Below, one piece after another: positions 1 through 11,066 of a stretch of 20,000 nucleotides of DNA (the first letter of the stretch is position 1; each line of letters starts with the position of its first letter). Under the pieces are notes generated by a model that was given only the letters and a program-made list of their open reading frames with translations, did not search any database and was not told the DNA's origin. The DNA lies in assembly GCA_001662655.1 (NCBI GenBank), contig KV460230.1; one strand, given 5' to 3'. The stretch is from Pseudogymnoascus verrucosus. Its lineage: Eukaryota. The translations under genes and the position numbers were made by a program.

Positions 1-1469
1 AATCTCTAGAATAGTTCGCTGCTTCGCGGTGAGAAATTTTGGCACCGCAATCTTGAACTCAACCTTGAGATCTCCCGTGCCAGCCCTACGCGCATTAAGC
101 TTTTTCATACCCATGCCGCTGAGGGTAATCTTGTCACCTGCCCCGGTCCCCGTAGCAACCTTGACATCAACGTGCCCATCCAGAGTTGGGATTCGTACTT
201 CACCACCAAGCAGGGCGGTAGTCAGGGGTATAGTCGCGGTATAAAGGACGTCGGACCCAGATCGGCTGAATTTCGGATCGGAAGCAACCCGGACGTGGAC
301 GTACAAGTCTCCAGGAACCGCTCTCGCTCCAGGAGGTGCAGCAGCACCTGTAACTGGTGCATCACCCTCCTTGTCGACACGGAGCCTCATTCCATCTTCA
401 ATACCGCCAGGTATGTCAATATTAATCGTCTTGCGCTCCCGAACAACTCCGTCGCCATCGCAAGTCCCGCACTCTGATCCTCGGGGTATCGTAACACCGC
501 GCCCACCACAGGAGCCGCATGTCGAGGCCATCTGGAAACCTCCCTGCATGAAGTGAACGCGTGTCCCAGTTCCATCACAAGACTTGCATTCGGTGCGCTT
601 CGTGCCTGCCTTCAATCCATTTCCGGAGCATGTTTTGCAAGTCGTCATAGGCGTAATAGATATCGTCTTCGTAGCTCCCTTGGCTGCTTCCATAAAAGAT
701 ATGCTGGCCTGCACTTCGATGTTGTCGCCAACGAGAACCTCCTCCTGGGAAAATGGCGAGCCGCGTCCTCCTCGCCCCCCTCTCTTTCCAGCTTGTCCAC
801 CAAAGGCCTTGAAGAGATCATCGAATGAGAAATCTGCCCCAAATCCTCCAGCGCCACCGAATCCAGCTCCCCCACCACCAAAACCGCCAAAGCCACCTCC
901 AAATGGGCTGCCTGCGCCTCCGAAAGGGTCTCCGCCTGGGCTTGGACCGCCGCCTTGGTTGAACGCAGCTTCGCCATACATATCAAACGACTCCTTCTTC
1001 TTCGGGTCCGACAGTAGCTCATACGCAGACTGAGCTTCAGCAAACTTTTCTTTCGCGGTCGGGTCTTTATTCGTATCGGGGTGGAACTTCTTAGCCATTC
1101 CATAATAGGCCTTCTTTATATCGGAGGCCGAGGCATCCTTGCCTACCCCAAGAACTTGGTATGGGTTCTTCGCTTGAAGGCTGCGCGATGCGTGGAACGC
1201 CTATAGTTTACATGTTAGTAAAGTGCATGATGCTTCAAATATCATAGCTGTCAACGTACCCTCCTTGGCGATGACCTCAGACGGGCGTTGGCTGAAGCTG
1301 CCAAGTCCCTCCGGACATTTTGCCTGGCGGTGCAGGTTGTATAGGAGCGCACAGCGGCCTTGTCTAGTGCTCCATCTGGGTATCGTGATCGCCTGCAGAC
1401 GCGGCTGGAGGCGCGGTAGCGGATCGAAATAGGTGCCTTCTTCAAAAGGCTGGAAGTGCCAGAGTTCAT
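1..1469 (-). CDS. MDJ1: Mitochondrial DnaJ/Hsp40 class I co-chaperone (3' end outside window); exons 1469-1260 and 1200-<1
   Basis: ATG at 1469 begins an Arg/Ser-rich presequence ([24 protein letters not shown]...). A 59-nt intron 1259-1201 has GTACGT..TACTAAC..TAG. Exon 2 encodes a J domain ([39 protein letters not shown] motif), a G/F-rich linker, four CxxCxGxG repeats ([32 protein letters not shown]) and the C-terminal domain ([24 protein letters not shown]). Confidence 0.95.
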
Positions 1470-2069
1470 GATGATGCCCAAGCCGAGTGCATCAAAGATT
1501 GCCGCGCATTCGAGGATCCGGCCGCGAGTAGGTTCTCAAACTCGTAGTAAATATGGCGCGTATTTGTGAGATATTAATGTGTAGCGGATACCAAAACTCA
1601 GCTTGAAGAGACAGTAGAGTATTGAATTGTCCAAGTTCGAGGTCCGGATTGTCGCCCTTTTTTTTCGGCTGTACGGGATTGGCTGGATGTTACTGTGGAG
1701 CCTCGGAATTATCGTTATCGAGGGGCGCCCCAAAACCTCCCAAGGTTGATAACGCATCATCGGTGCCTGTGAACATACCATAGAACAAAAGAAGTAGATG
1801 TTAAATTGAGATTCTGTCATGTCAAGTGTAATGCTATTGTTTACTACTTAAGCCTGTTTCAAAAATATATAGAATGTACAGCCAGTATTGCCCCTGCGAC
1901 AACCAAGCTTATCACAACACCAGACGCCATTTGGCAGCGACCAATTCCAAGGGCGCCGCTGCGAATTCGCAGCTATTATGCCTCCTTCCAAAGTATATTA
2001 TATTATACACGCAATGTAAAATCAATTGGTTCCCTCATTGAGGGTTGGGTATTCGCGGGGTTGCCTTGT

Positions 2070-2716
2070 TCATCGTGGTTTGTTTGGGGCAAATCGCATG
2101 CGAAAGTTTTTGTCTGGACGCTTATCAGCTCTGACCACTCCGTGGAAGCAAATTACCACTTACCCTGCCACTTCACTTTGTATAGAAACTCAACAATGGC
2201 CTCGTTCTCCTGAATACCCAAGCCATTGAAGTGTTTGCGAACGGTATTCGACAGCTGGTCCTTGCTCTGTCTGCGCTTTTCTCTTCGTCGCGCCATGGTA
2301 GGCGAAAAGCGACCAATGCCGGGTCCCGTAAGCATGAGTTGATTGTAATCGCTGATAAACGCCGGAGGAGTGTTCAGTTGATAGGCGTGGCTATATGCTT
2401 GCAGGATTTCTGGATCTAGAGTCGACCATTGCATCTGAGGAGTATCAGCACTCGAGCTCTCATCGCGAAACGTGAATAGGAAGCGACTTACCCCCACATT
2501 GGCTTCTTGGGCAGCTCCATTCGGGGCAGACGTTACGCCCGTCACTACTGAGCCGGCTGTTGCCACATCTCGTAAAGAGCTGGAGGCAGCACCGGTCCCG
2601 CCTCGTCGACCCTTGGTGATCGTAGTAGCATTGCCTGAACCTCCATGTCTCTCTCTAGTGCTAGACGCCTCAGACCTCGAGTCGTCTGGGGCGGCGCGTG
2701 CCTTCGAGGGAGCCAT
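2070..2716 (-). CDS. SAP30: Sin3/Rpd3L histone deacetylase complex subunit SAP30-like, 179 aa; exons 2716-2492, 2434-2164, 2113-2070
   Basis: Starts MAPSKARAAPDDSRSEASS. Introns 2491-2435 (GTAAGT..GCTGAT..CAG) and 2163-2114 (GTAAGT..GCTGAT..CAG) give a 540-nt frame. The C-terminus KDQLSNTVRKHFNGLGIQENEAIVEFLYKVKWQDKNFRMRF matches the SAP30 Sin3-binding domain pattern. Confidence 0.88.
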
Positions 2717-3979
2717 TGCCGTGTATGTGTTAAAGAGTGGCGGACCGCATTCGTGACATTCGTAATTGGGTCGTTGAATGCTGGTGATGGGGAGAGGGAC
2801 GAGGCTATGGGTGAAGCGGATTCGTGTTGGACCGTCCACACGACACGACTACCTGAGTGCCGAGGGCGCGGTATCTCGCCATACTCTATCGGCTACATTG
2901 AGACTAGTTCATTTTGAGCTATGCCAAGCCATTGGTACCTTCTTACTTGTGTGTGTACCTTGGAGACGGAAGCCACCTTATGTAATACGACAGCACTATT
3001 GGCAGCAACTCAAACAGAGGCACTCGGAACTGAGCACTCCACTACAGATATATTGGTTTGGAGAAAGGCTCATCGTCTGTTGTGTCGGTATAGCAAACAA
3101 TACCGAAGAGTACGGAGTATGACGCACTTCTACTTGTACGGGTATTCTGCGGCAAGGACAAACTGGGGAGCCGGAAGAGTCTCCGGTCTGTCCTATCAGC
3201 CAAGATGCATACATATCAGCTCCCATCCTCTCATACTCGAGTAGGAGAAGAAGAAAGCGGATTACTGAGAGGGGCGTGAGGGGCGTGAGGGGCGGCGAGG
3301 CATTAATAAAGCAACTTAATAACCACAGCCTTCTGTTGGAGTGGAAGAGGAGTGGAAGGGGAACGAGTACACCAACCAAAAGTACTCAAAGCCGATGTTG
3401 CCGCCGACAATCGACGGAGGCGGGGATGGGTTTGGCCGGGGCGTAATCGTACTAGTTCCATCAAGGCGTAGCGTCATGCAAGGCACTGTACCGGGGTACA
3501 TAGGAGTGGACTGGTCTGAGCGGGCCAAAAGCACAACAACACTCGCTAAGGCATGTACAAAATACAAAGTACAAGATCAGACATCTCCACATTCTCCAGG
3601 TTTCCCTGTTGTGTCTGGCCAATAGGAGTGGAGCAGTGCCATCTGTGAACACCCCTTTCTTCCCTGCGGTTTTCTGTAGCGACGCAGTAGCGACGCGCAA
3701 GGGGATAGATGATGATGGGGTGTAAGAAGTGAAAGACAGGGCAGGCAGACCAGGGACAGGCAGGGCAGGGCAAGGCAGGGGAGGGAAGTGAGAGAGTCCG
3801 TTCACCGAGGACGATAATACTTCGGTGTCTTACGGAGTTTTTGCCGTACGCACGTATACGTATACTAGTAGATTTGAGTAGAGAGTAGTGTAGTGTAGAG
3901 TGGCTGGTAGTGTAAGTGGTCGGGGTGTGCGGCCGATGCCGCAAATTGCATGGAAAGTAGAGTGAGCAAGGCTATCTGA

Positions 3980-4075
3980 TATACAGTAGTCTACTATACA
4001 GTAGTCTACTATACAGTAGTCTACTATACAGAAGTCTACTATACAGCAAGCAGTCGTCTGCTATACGTAGTCTAC
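3980..4075. repeat. 15-bp tandem repeat (TATACAGTAGTCTAC), ~4.5 copies plus degenerate tail
   Basis: Units at 3980, 3995, 4010 and 4025 (one T>A change), a partial unit at 4040, then CAGTCGTCTGCTATACGTAGTCTAC. Confidence 0.9.
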
Positions 4076-4784
4076 TAAGTAGTATCACGATGCTGCACCC
4101 TCACCTCACCCACCAGGCACGGCAGTACAGTACTCTATATTATTGAATACTTTGACTCTCGCCGGGAATGTAGATGTGCCTGAATCACTTTCTGAATGTG
4201 CGTCCCGGGGCGTTGGGTGTCTGTTACCGCCGCCGCAGGTAGTGGGGTGGAGTTTGTTTTCTATTTGCCACCAAGACACCAAGACAAGACATCTCCAACA
4301 TCTCCAACATCTCCGCCGAGCGAAGGATCTTCATGAATTCCCGCTTGCGTACCGGCGATGATTTCCCGCGACGCCTTACTTACTCACTACGATGTCAACG
4401 TACGAGTGCGTACCATAGGTTGACACCTCGGCTGAGACCGAGGGGTCCAGAGAGACGACCAGCGAGCGAGTGAGTGAGCGAGGGAATGATGCTGAGTTGC
4501 AACAGTTGGTGCAAGTACTATAAAGTACTGTGTTGGTTGTAGTCGTATGCACTGAACTGCACTCCCGCACTTGCCGTACCCAGTACAGATGGGTCCCATA
4601 CTAGGAGGCTAACTAGGAGGCATCTGCAGGTCAGTACTAGGGATATTTTGCTGTAGAAGAGCTTTTGCCTCGCTCCGTCCCTCGTCGTTCCCTCGTCGCT
4701 CCCCTCGCTCCTTCTCCCTCCATGTCCCCAAGCCAAGCCACAACATCCCATCCATCTAACCAACACTAACTAACACTAACTAAC

Positions 4785-4975
4785 ATCCCTCCTCATATAC
4801 CCCTGCTCTGCTACTTTCTTCCCTTGCCCTCTCTTCCCTCCATCTCTCTCTCCTCTCCCTTCGCTCCCCCCACCTCCTCCTCCTCTCCTCGTCTCCCCCT
4901 CTCCTCCTCTCCTCCTCCACCCACCACCAACTCCACTCCACCACCCACCCTCCACCCACCTCCACCAAAACCCAA
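4785..4975. repeat. C/T-rich then CCA-rich low-complexity tract
   Basis: Mostly CCT/CT runs on the + strand, followed by CCA/CCAC runs. Confidence 0.8.
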
Positions 4976-5349
4976 GCCAGTTAGCTGCGGCAAAAGTACT
5001 TCTCCGTAGTGGCTGCACCACATATGTACATGGGGCACGCACGGTTCTAACCCCCAAAATACGACTCCCCCCCCCCCCCAGTTTTTGACTCTGGCAATAG
5101 TGCGGTAGACTCCAAGTAGTCCATGTAGTAGAAGTAATACCATGTAGAAATGGGCAACACTTGGCCAAATCTGCCAATACTAGAGGCGCTATTATTATTT
5201 CGTCGGTGGAAAAGATGGTCCCCCTCTGAGCCTTGGTGGTGGATGTCAGTGGATGCGGTGGATGTTGACACGCGGGACGACGGGGAGGCCTAAATATCAT
5301 CAAGATAGTCCCCACCTCCGTTTTTGTCAAACCCGCCCTCCCTCTCTCT

Positions 5350-5389
5350 CCCCCCCCCCCCCTCCCCCCCCCCCCCCCCCCCCCGCCCC
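5350..5389. repeat. Poly-C tract (C13-T-C21-G-C4) in the putative promoter of the C2H2 TF gene; a second C13 run lies at 5067-5079
   Basis: Directly visible homopolymer within a pyrimidine-rich stretch (5330-5475). Confidence 0.85.
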
Positions 5390-6753
5390 AATCCCTCAAT
5401 CCATATCCGCCTCATTCTCCATCCTCTCTTCTCCCCATCTCCATCTTCCCCATCACCATTCCCCTCCTCGTCTCCGTGAGATGAGCGCCTAGTTACATCG
5501 TCTCGCCGCCAAAAGCCATAGCTCCCCGGACCCGGACACGCACAGTCTCACTACTGCTGTACGCTCCCGCCAGCCGCCGCCCCTCACAATAATTGCTCCT
5601 CCATCTGATCTACTTTCGCCAGGCGCCCTTAGCTTCCTCCTCTCTGGCCGCGACACGCGACCTCTTCTCTGTCGCCGTTAGCGGATCTTCTTCTATACTT
5701 TACCTTTCTCCAGGTCCATCTATCATCTACTGTACTCTGTATAGTAACTCTGGACGTCCGTATACTCCCAAGGCGCTACCGACGTCGCCTCTGTACGCTT
5801 CGGCTCTGCATCGACAATTCGATCCACCGCCCGCTGCTAACTGTTGCTTGAAATCCCCACCATCCGTCCCGTCTACGATAAGAGGCATCTATCACAGCGA
5901 TCTCTCTCAATTACTGCTGGCGCAGGCAGGTCCGTAACAATTCACATCATACCTCTTCTTCCTCCATCATGCTGATTCTGTATTTAGGCGGAGATCCGAT
6001 TCATAGCTCCCCCCGGAAATTCTCCGGCCTGTAACATCCCGCGCGCGACGTTCCCCGCGCCTCCGCCCTCCGATACTCGACCTGATAAGTTTTCCCCCGC
6101 GCCTGTGAAACCAACCTATCGACCTTTCGAAGCGGCTACAAATTCTGGATGAGATGCAGCATCTGATCTGCTGAGTCGACGCCGTGGTCGCTCAAGCGCA
6201 CACTTTTATCGCGCTGCCAGCTCTATCAGATCTAGCGTTGACATTGTATGCCTTCGCTGTGAGTTCGGCTGGTTTCTTGGTTTGGTAAATATATTTCATC
6301 TGTTTGAGCGTCCTTTAACCAACCAAGCTTCACACGCACGCAGCATACTCTTTTGCGACGGCGCGACAAGTGTGATGCGTTGCAAAAGAAACACCTGCGA
6401 TGCGCCCGATGCGCCTGTCCGGTCTCCTGCGAGAACCGGAGGTTGCCTCGTTGGTCGCGTGCCGTCCAGGCATTTTTACTCCCCCCACCCTGGAGAATCA
6501 AAGATGTTTTAGTAACGCATTATATAATGTTTCTCTCTCAATCTCCGTGTTTGATAACCTGGCGCACTTGGGCAGAGCTGACGAAGGACAGTAAATGTAG
6601 CCTGCGGATAATCTTCGTCGCCCAACGACTAAATATACTTGCCGCTTTTTCGGGGTAAAGGACCCTTATATCAGGACCCTTCTTCCACATACGCATCGAA
6701 AGAGCTATTACCACTTGTGATAATTTAAAATACCTGTCCCGGCGACACAGATA

Positions 6754-9700
6754 ATGACTTCGATTGTTGCCCAACCGATCCAGATCCACCCTGCAAACGT
6801 GACCCAGTCGTCCGTGATAATGGACATACCGCTGGAGTCCCCTCCGGTTCTATCGAAGATCAAAACAGAAGGCGAAAAACCGAGGGGAAGGCGGCGAAGC
6901 CGGACTCAGATTACGTCGAAAGACAGTAATGGATACGGCTCCGGAGCTGATGGCGATGAGGGACAGTCGTCCGGTGGTGATGGAACTGATGGACCTGAGG
7001 GTGCCAGGAAGAGACGAAGAAGCCGAAAAGGCCTCGACAAGAAATTTGAGTGCCCCCAAGGCGGATGCGGTAAAAGCTATTCCAGGGCAGAGCATCTGTA
7101 AGTCTGAATCCTTTGGCGAGCGGCGCACGGTTTCTGTGTTCTTGACTGACTAGGCGTGATCATAGCTACCGTCACCAACTGAACCATACTCCAAAGCAGA
7201 TATACAGCTGTGATTTCCCCGACTGTGACCGCACGTTTGTCCGCCAGGATCTATGCAACCGCCACAAAGAACGCCACACCGCTAAAGGGTCACAGCTTCA
7301 GAGAAAGGATGCCATGCTGAGCAACGTTTCGCCAATAACTAGCAACAACACCAGTATGGCATTCAAAGGCTCCATGTCCCCTGAAGTCGGACGGCCTGGT
7401 AGCAGCGGCTTCAAGCCAAGGACTGCGCAAGCGCCATATCAGTCACCCGCGGAAACTTTGTCCGGCCCATTCTCCCCTGTCGGTGCCCATACAACGTCGG
7501 CATATCCTCGCTCAGGGTCACTATCGGCTACTGCCGACCCCAGCAATGCTTATCCACCAGCGGGTAGCCCCTATAGGCGTTCCAACAGCGATAACAGCAT
7601 CCAGTCCGCTCATACCCTCAATGCAGGCTCGATGCAGCAAAATTCAACCGGGCAGGGGCGCCATGCGGGCATCGGTGGAACGGATGGTAACATGCAAGAT
7701 AATACTTTGTACGGGAGACAATCCCAGCATTCGACGAACCCTGGCTTTGATGCGCTCTCCCCGAACCAACGGCAACAATCATACGTGAACAATCATAACA
7801 ACGGAATGCAGGTGCCTATGCAACAGCCATATGTCAATGCCCAGAATTTCACTCCGTTCTCGTTACCACCGCCAGGCTTCTCACCTGTGGCTGCACCAGC
7901 ATCAACGACAACATCACGGGATACTGAATCCTCATATGTCATCTCCCCACCACAGACTTCCATGTCGATCGACTATCAAGGCCGTGATACTAGCCATCCA
8001 CAGCAATCGGGCCCCGATATGATGCTGCTGGACCAGATGGCTGCGGTAAACACCATGCCTGTATTTGGCGGAGAAGGTTATAACAGGTCTCCTTTTGCAA
8101 TTCCGGACGACTTTGTTGCCTTTCTATTCAGCGGACAACACCTTGACAATTCATCGCCAATGTCAAATCCGGCACTTGGGACGCAAGGCTACTCAAAGTA
8201 AGTTCGATACCTTATTCGTTGAGAGGTCACTTTACTAACGCCCATATCCAGCTATCCTGATGCCCAGAACCAATATCAACCGTATTTTGCAAATGAGATA
8301 AACCTTGGTGGTTACTTTCCGCAAAATCCGCAACATCCAATGGCAGTCACAAGTCTGCTAGATACGTCTACTCCAGAGATGATATTGTCGGAAGACAAAA
8401 GCCAGGAGATTATCGACCTGATCAAGGAGAGGTTCAATGAGACCGACCATGCACCTGTTGCAAAGCAAAAGGAGGCACTGCTTGACGGCGACCGCAGCAA
8501 TGATTCTCATATGATGAGCAGGAAGATGATGCAAACTTATATAGGGAGCTTCTGGTGGCATTTCCATCCTCAGCTGCCAATCTGTGAGTTTCATCAAATC
8601 TACTTTCATCCTAAGAAAGAACGCTTTGCTAATTTAAATCCAGTGCATAAACCGACATTTTCTCCTGAAAAGACTCCAAACCTTCTTCTCATTGCAATGA
8701 TGGCCATCGGCGCGTCTTGCCTTGATAAGATGCACGGGTATAATGTCACCCAGTCGGGTGCCGAGCTTGCAAACTTCCTTGCTTGGCACTTGAGATGGGA
8801 GATATTCAGTGACGTCCACTTTCGTCCCCCAGCGAAATTGTGGGTGTTCCAAGCACTTCTCCTCCTCGAGATTTATGAGAAGATGTACTCTACCCGAGCG
8901 CTCCATGAGCGCGCACATATACACCATGCAACTACCATCACATTGATGCGGAGAGGCAGTTCGCTGATTGGAAGATCTGCATTGGATTCTCCGCCAAGCG
9001 TGAGAGACGAGAGGCAGGGTCCCAATGACTCCAAGCAATCGTCAACTTCAGGGGCAAATACGCCAGATGAATGGTGGAACCACTGGATCACAAATGAAGC
9101 GACCCGCCGAGCGGCTTTTGCAGCCTTTGTGATCGACTCTGTACATGCTACTATGTTTGGTCATTCAACGGTTATGGTCGCCCACGAAATGCGACTCCCG
9201 CTACCGTGCGACGAGGCACTCTGGTCAGCGACCAATAGCGCCGAAGTTGGTAGAATCGAGGCAAGCCTCCACGCCAATGGCGTCAAACCTGTATCGTTCC
9301 TCGAAGGCCTGAAGAGGACATTAAATGCGCAGGAAGTTCGAACAAACGCCTTTGGACGAAGCATTTTGATGGCAGGATTGCTAAGTGTGAGCTGGCATAT
9401 GAACCAACGAGATCTCCAGGTCAATTCGCTGGGAGTCTCTCAGGTGCTCGGAGGACGTGATAAGTGGAGGGGCTCTCTAACACGGGCGTTTGATCTATGG
9501 AAGCAAGATTTCGACAGGTCGCTGGCCCACAATACGGAAACCAATTCGGGCCCCTATACGTACACTAGCAAGCAAGATGAGGATACTGTCTTCGAAAGTA
9601 GAACGGTACTTCATCATCTAGCACACATGGCTATGCATGTTGACATCGTCGACTGCCAAATATTTGCGCGAGCAAAACGACTCCTCGGCCGCACTATTGG

Positions 9701-10208
9701 CACTCAGGATCTGAACTCTACGCAACGAAAAATGAAGGACATCTGGGCTCCAACGGCCAAGGCCCGAGACGCTACGTACTACGCAATCCGGTTCTTATGC
9801 ACAGTATTGTTACCGGAAGACACATCATCTGGTATGCACATGTATGACCAGGACACCGATTTCGACTATTCAGCCCGCGATGATGTCCTGATGAACCGCT
9901 CATGGGTCCTTTACTTTGCTGCTCTGATCGTCTGGTGCTATGCCTTCGCCTTGGAAGGTCCCACGCAGGAGGAGATTCCATCAGCAGGCGCATTCCAAGA
10001 CCAGGTTTTCGACATGCGCGTGTACCTCAGGAGACTGAGCAACGTCAAGTCCCCTGAAGAGCTCAAGTCCGTCAGCAACCTCAATGGCTGCACCGGCATG
10101 CTCATGGTTCTCCGCCACACCTTCGAGAAAACCCGCTGGGAGCTTCTTCACGAAGCTGCGAACCTCTTGACGAACTGCATCCAGCTGATCAGCACCAACA
10201 ACGTTTAA
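6754..10208 (+). CDS. Transcription factor with two N-terminal C2H2 zinc fingers and a fungal-specific TF domain, ~1090 aa; exons 6754-7097, 7166-8197, 8252-8583, 8644-10208
   Basis: A basic NLS-like RKRRRSRK precedes finger 1 (CPQGGCGKSYSRAEHLYRHQLNH) and finger 2 (CDFPDCDRTFVRQDLCNRHKERH). Introns: 7098-7165 (GTAAGT..ACTGAC..TAG), 8198-8251 (GTAAGT..TACTAAC..CAG), 8584-8643 (GTGAGT..GCTAAT..CAG). Fungal TF-domain motifs: YIGSFWWHFHPQLPILHKPTF, WITNEATRRAAFAAFVID, LPLPCDEALW. The spliced frame is 3273 nt. Confidence 0.93.
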
Positions 10209-10692
10209 AATTTTACTATACATATACGTACATATGGTGAGGAGGGTGGATCATCTTTGACATTTATCATCATATTTTGCATTGGTTTGCGGGCGCCCTG
10301 TTTTTATACACATGTAAATTTGACCTCGTGTCTATGGGCATGTAGATACGAAAATGGTCGGTCGGGTCGGTAGTTAACATACTACAATATCGCGGCCCTG
10401 GATGGATGTTTTTGAAGCGGACGTTTTTTGGTGTCCGTTTTTCTGCGGGTAGACTTTGGCATACCGCTTCCGCTTCATCTTGTTGATTATACCATGCAGC
10501 TTTATTAGATACTTTTTATATACCCCCAAAATAAATACATGAGAATTGAGCATTTTAACATACTACGATGATTACTGAATGAACTACCTGCTAGTGAACT
10601 GGTTTCAATTGTGAATTAACTTATAAGAGAGCTGCTCGTGGATTAACTTGCGAAATATAAGGATCAGTTCGGTTTTTTGGTGTAGGATGTGG

Positions 10693-10747
10693 TGACCCAG
10701 GTTGGTGATTGACCCAGATTGGTGAGTGACCCAGATTGCTGATTGAC
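10693..10747. repeat. 17-bp tandem repeat (consensus TGACCCAGATTGGTGAT) x3.2
   Basis: TGACCCAGGTTGGTGAT / TGACCCAGATTGGTGAG / TGACCCAGATTGCTGAT / TGAC. Confidence 0.85.
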
Positions 10748-11066
10748 GAAATTTCTCAAAAATATTTTTATAGTTACTGTCAACACTAGCTGACATGTAT
10801 AGTTCCACTTCACTTTTTTGGCAAGTCCAAATCCATAGTTGCGTATGGTTCTGCACCAAATCCCCTCTTCGGAGCCGGCCGGGCGATTCGCATGTGTCTA
10901 GTCTATTGCGCGATGCGTCGATCAACTTGCACAATCATATACCTCCGTAAGTTCATTTCATTTTATTTATTTATATATGCATATATATAGTTATAACCCT
11001 GCATATTTACTTATTTCTTTGCTATTATTGGATTCGTTTCGTCCCATCTTTCCTTATACACTCACT

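Noticed and set aside
29..1103. Listed ORFs overlapping MDJ1 (e.g. Pro-rich 584-1033 +, 645-1103 -)
   Set aside because: These are antisense or off-frame shadows of the MDJ1 exon.
2778..3944. Several 80-130 aa ORFs upstream of SAP30
   Set aside because: Overlapping frames on both strands with no motifs or consistent splice model, so probably non-coding.
3980..4075. Palindromic repeat array as a CRISPR array
   Set aside because: Units are head-to-tail with no unique spacers, there are no cas genes, and the context is eukaryotic.
4776..5492. G/R/E-rich and P/S-rich ORFs (e.g. 4776-5399 minus, 207 aa)
   Set aside because: They arise from low-complexity and homopolymer DNA and have no domain features.
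5900..6750. TPP riboswitch or intronic snoRNA in the TF leader
   Set aside because: I could not see the conserved TPP core in the right arrangement or a paired C/D box, and the gene is not thiamine-related. An Rfam/Infernal scan would settle it.
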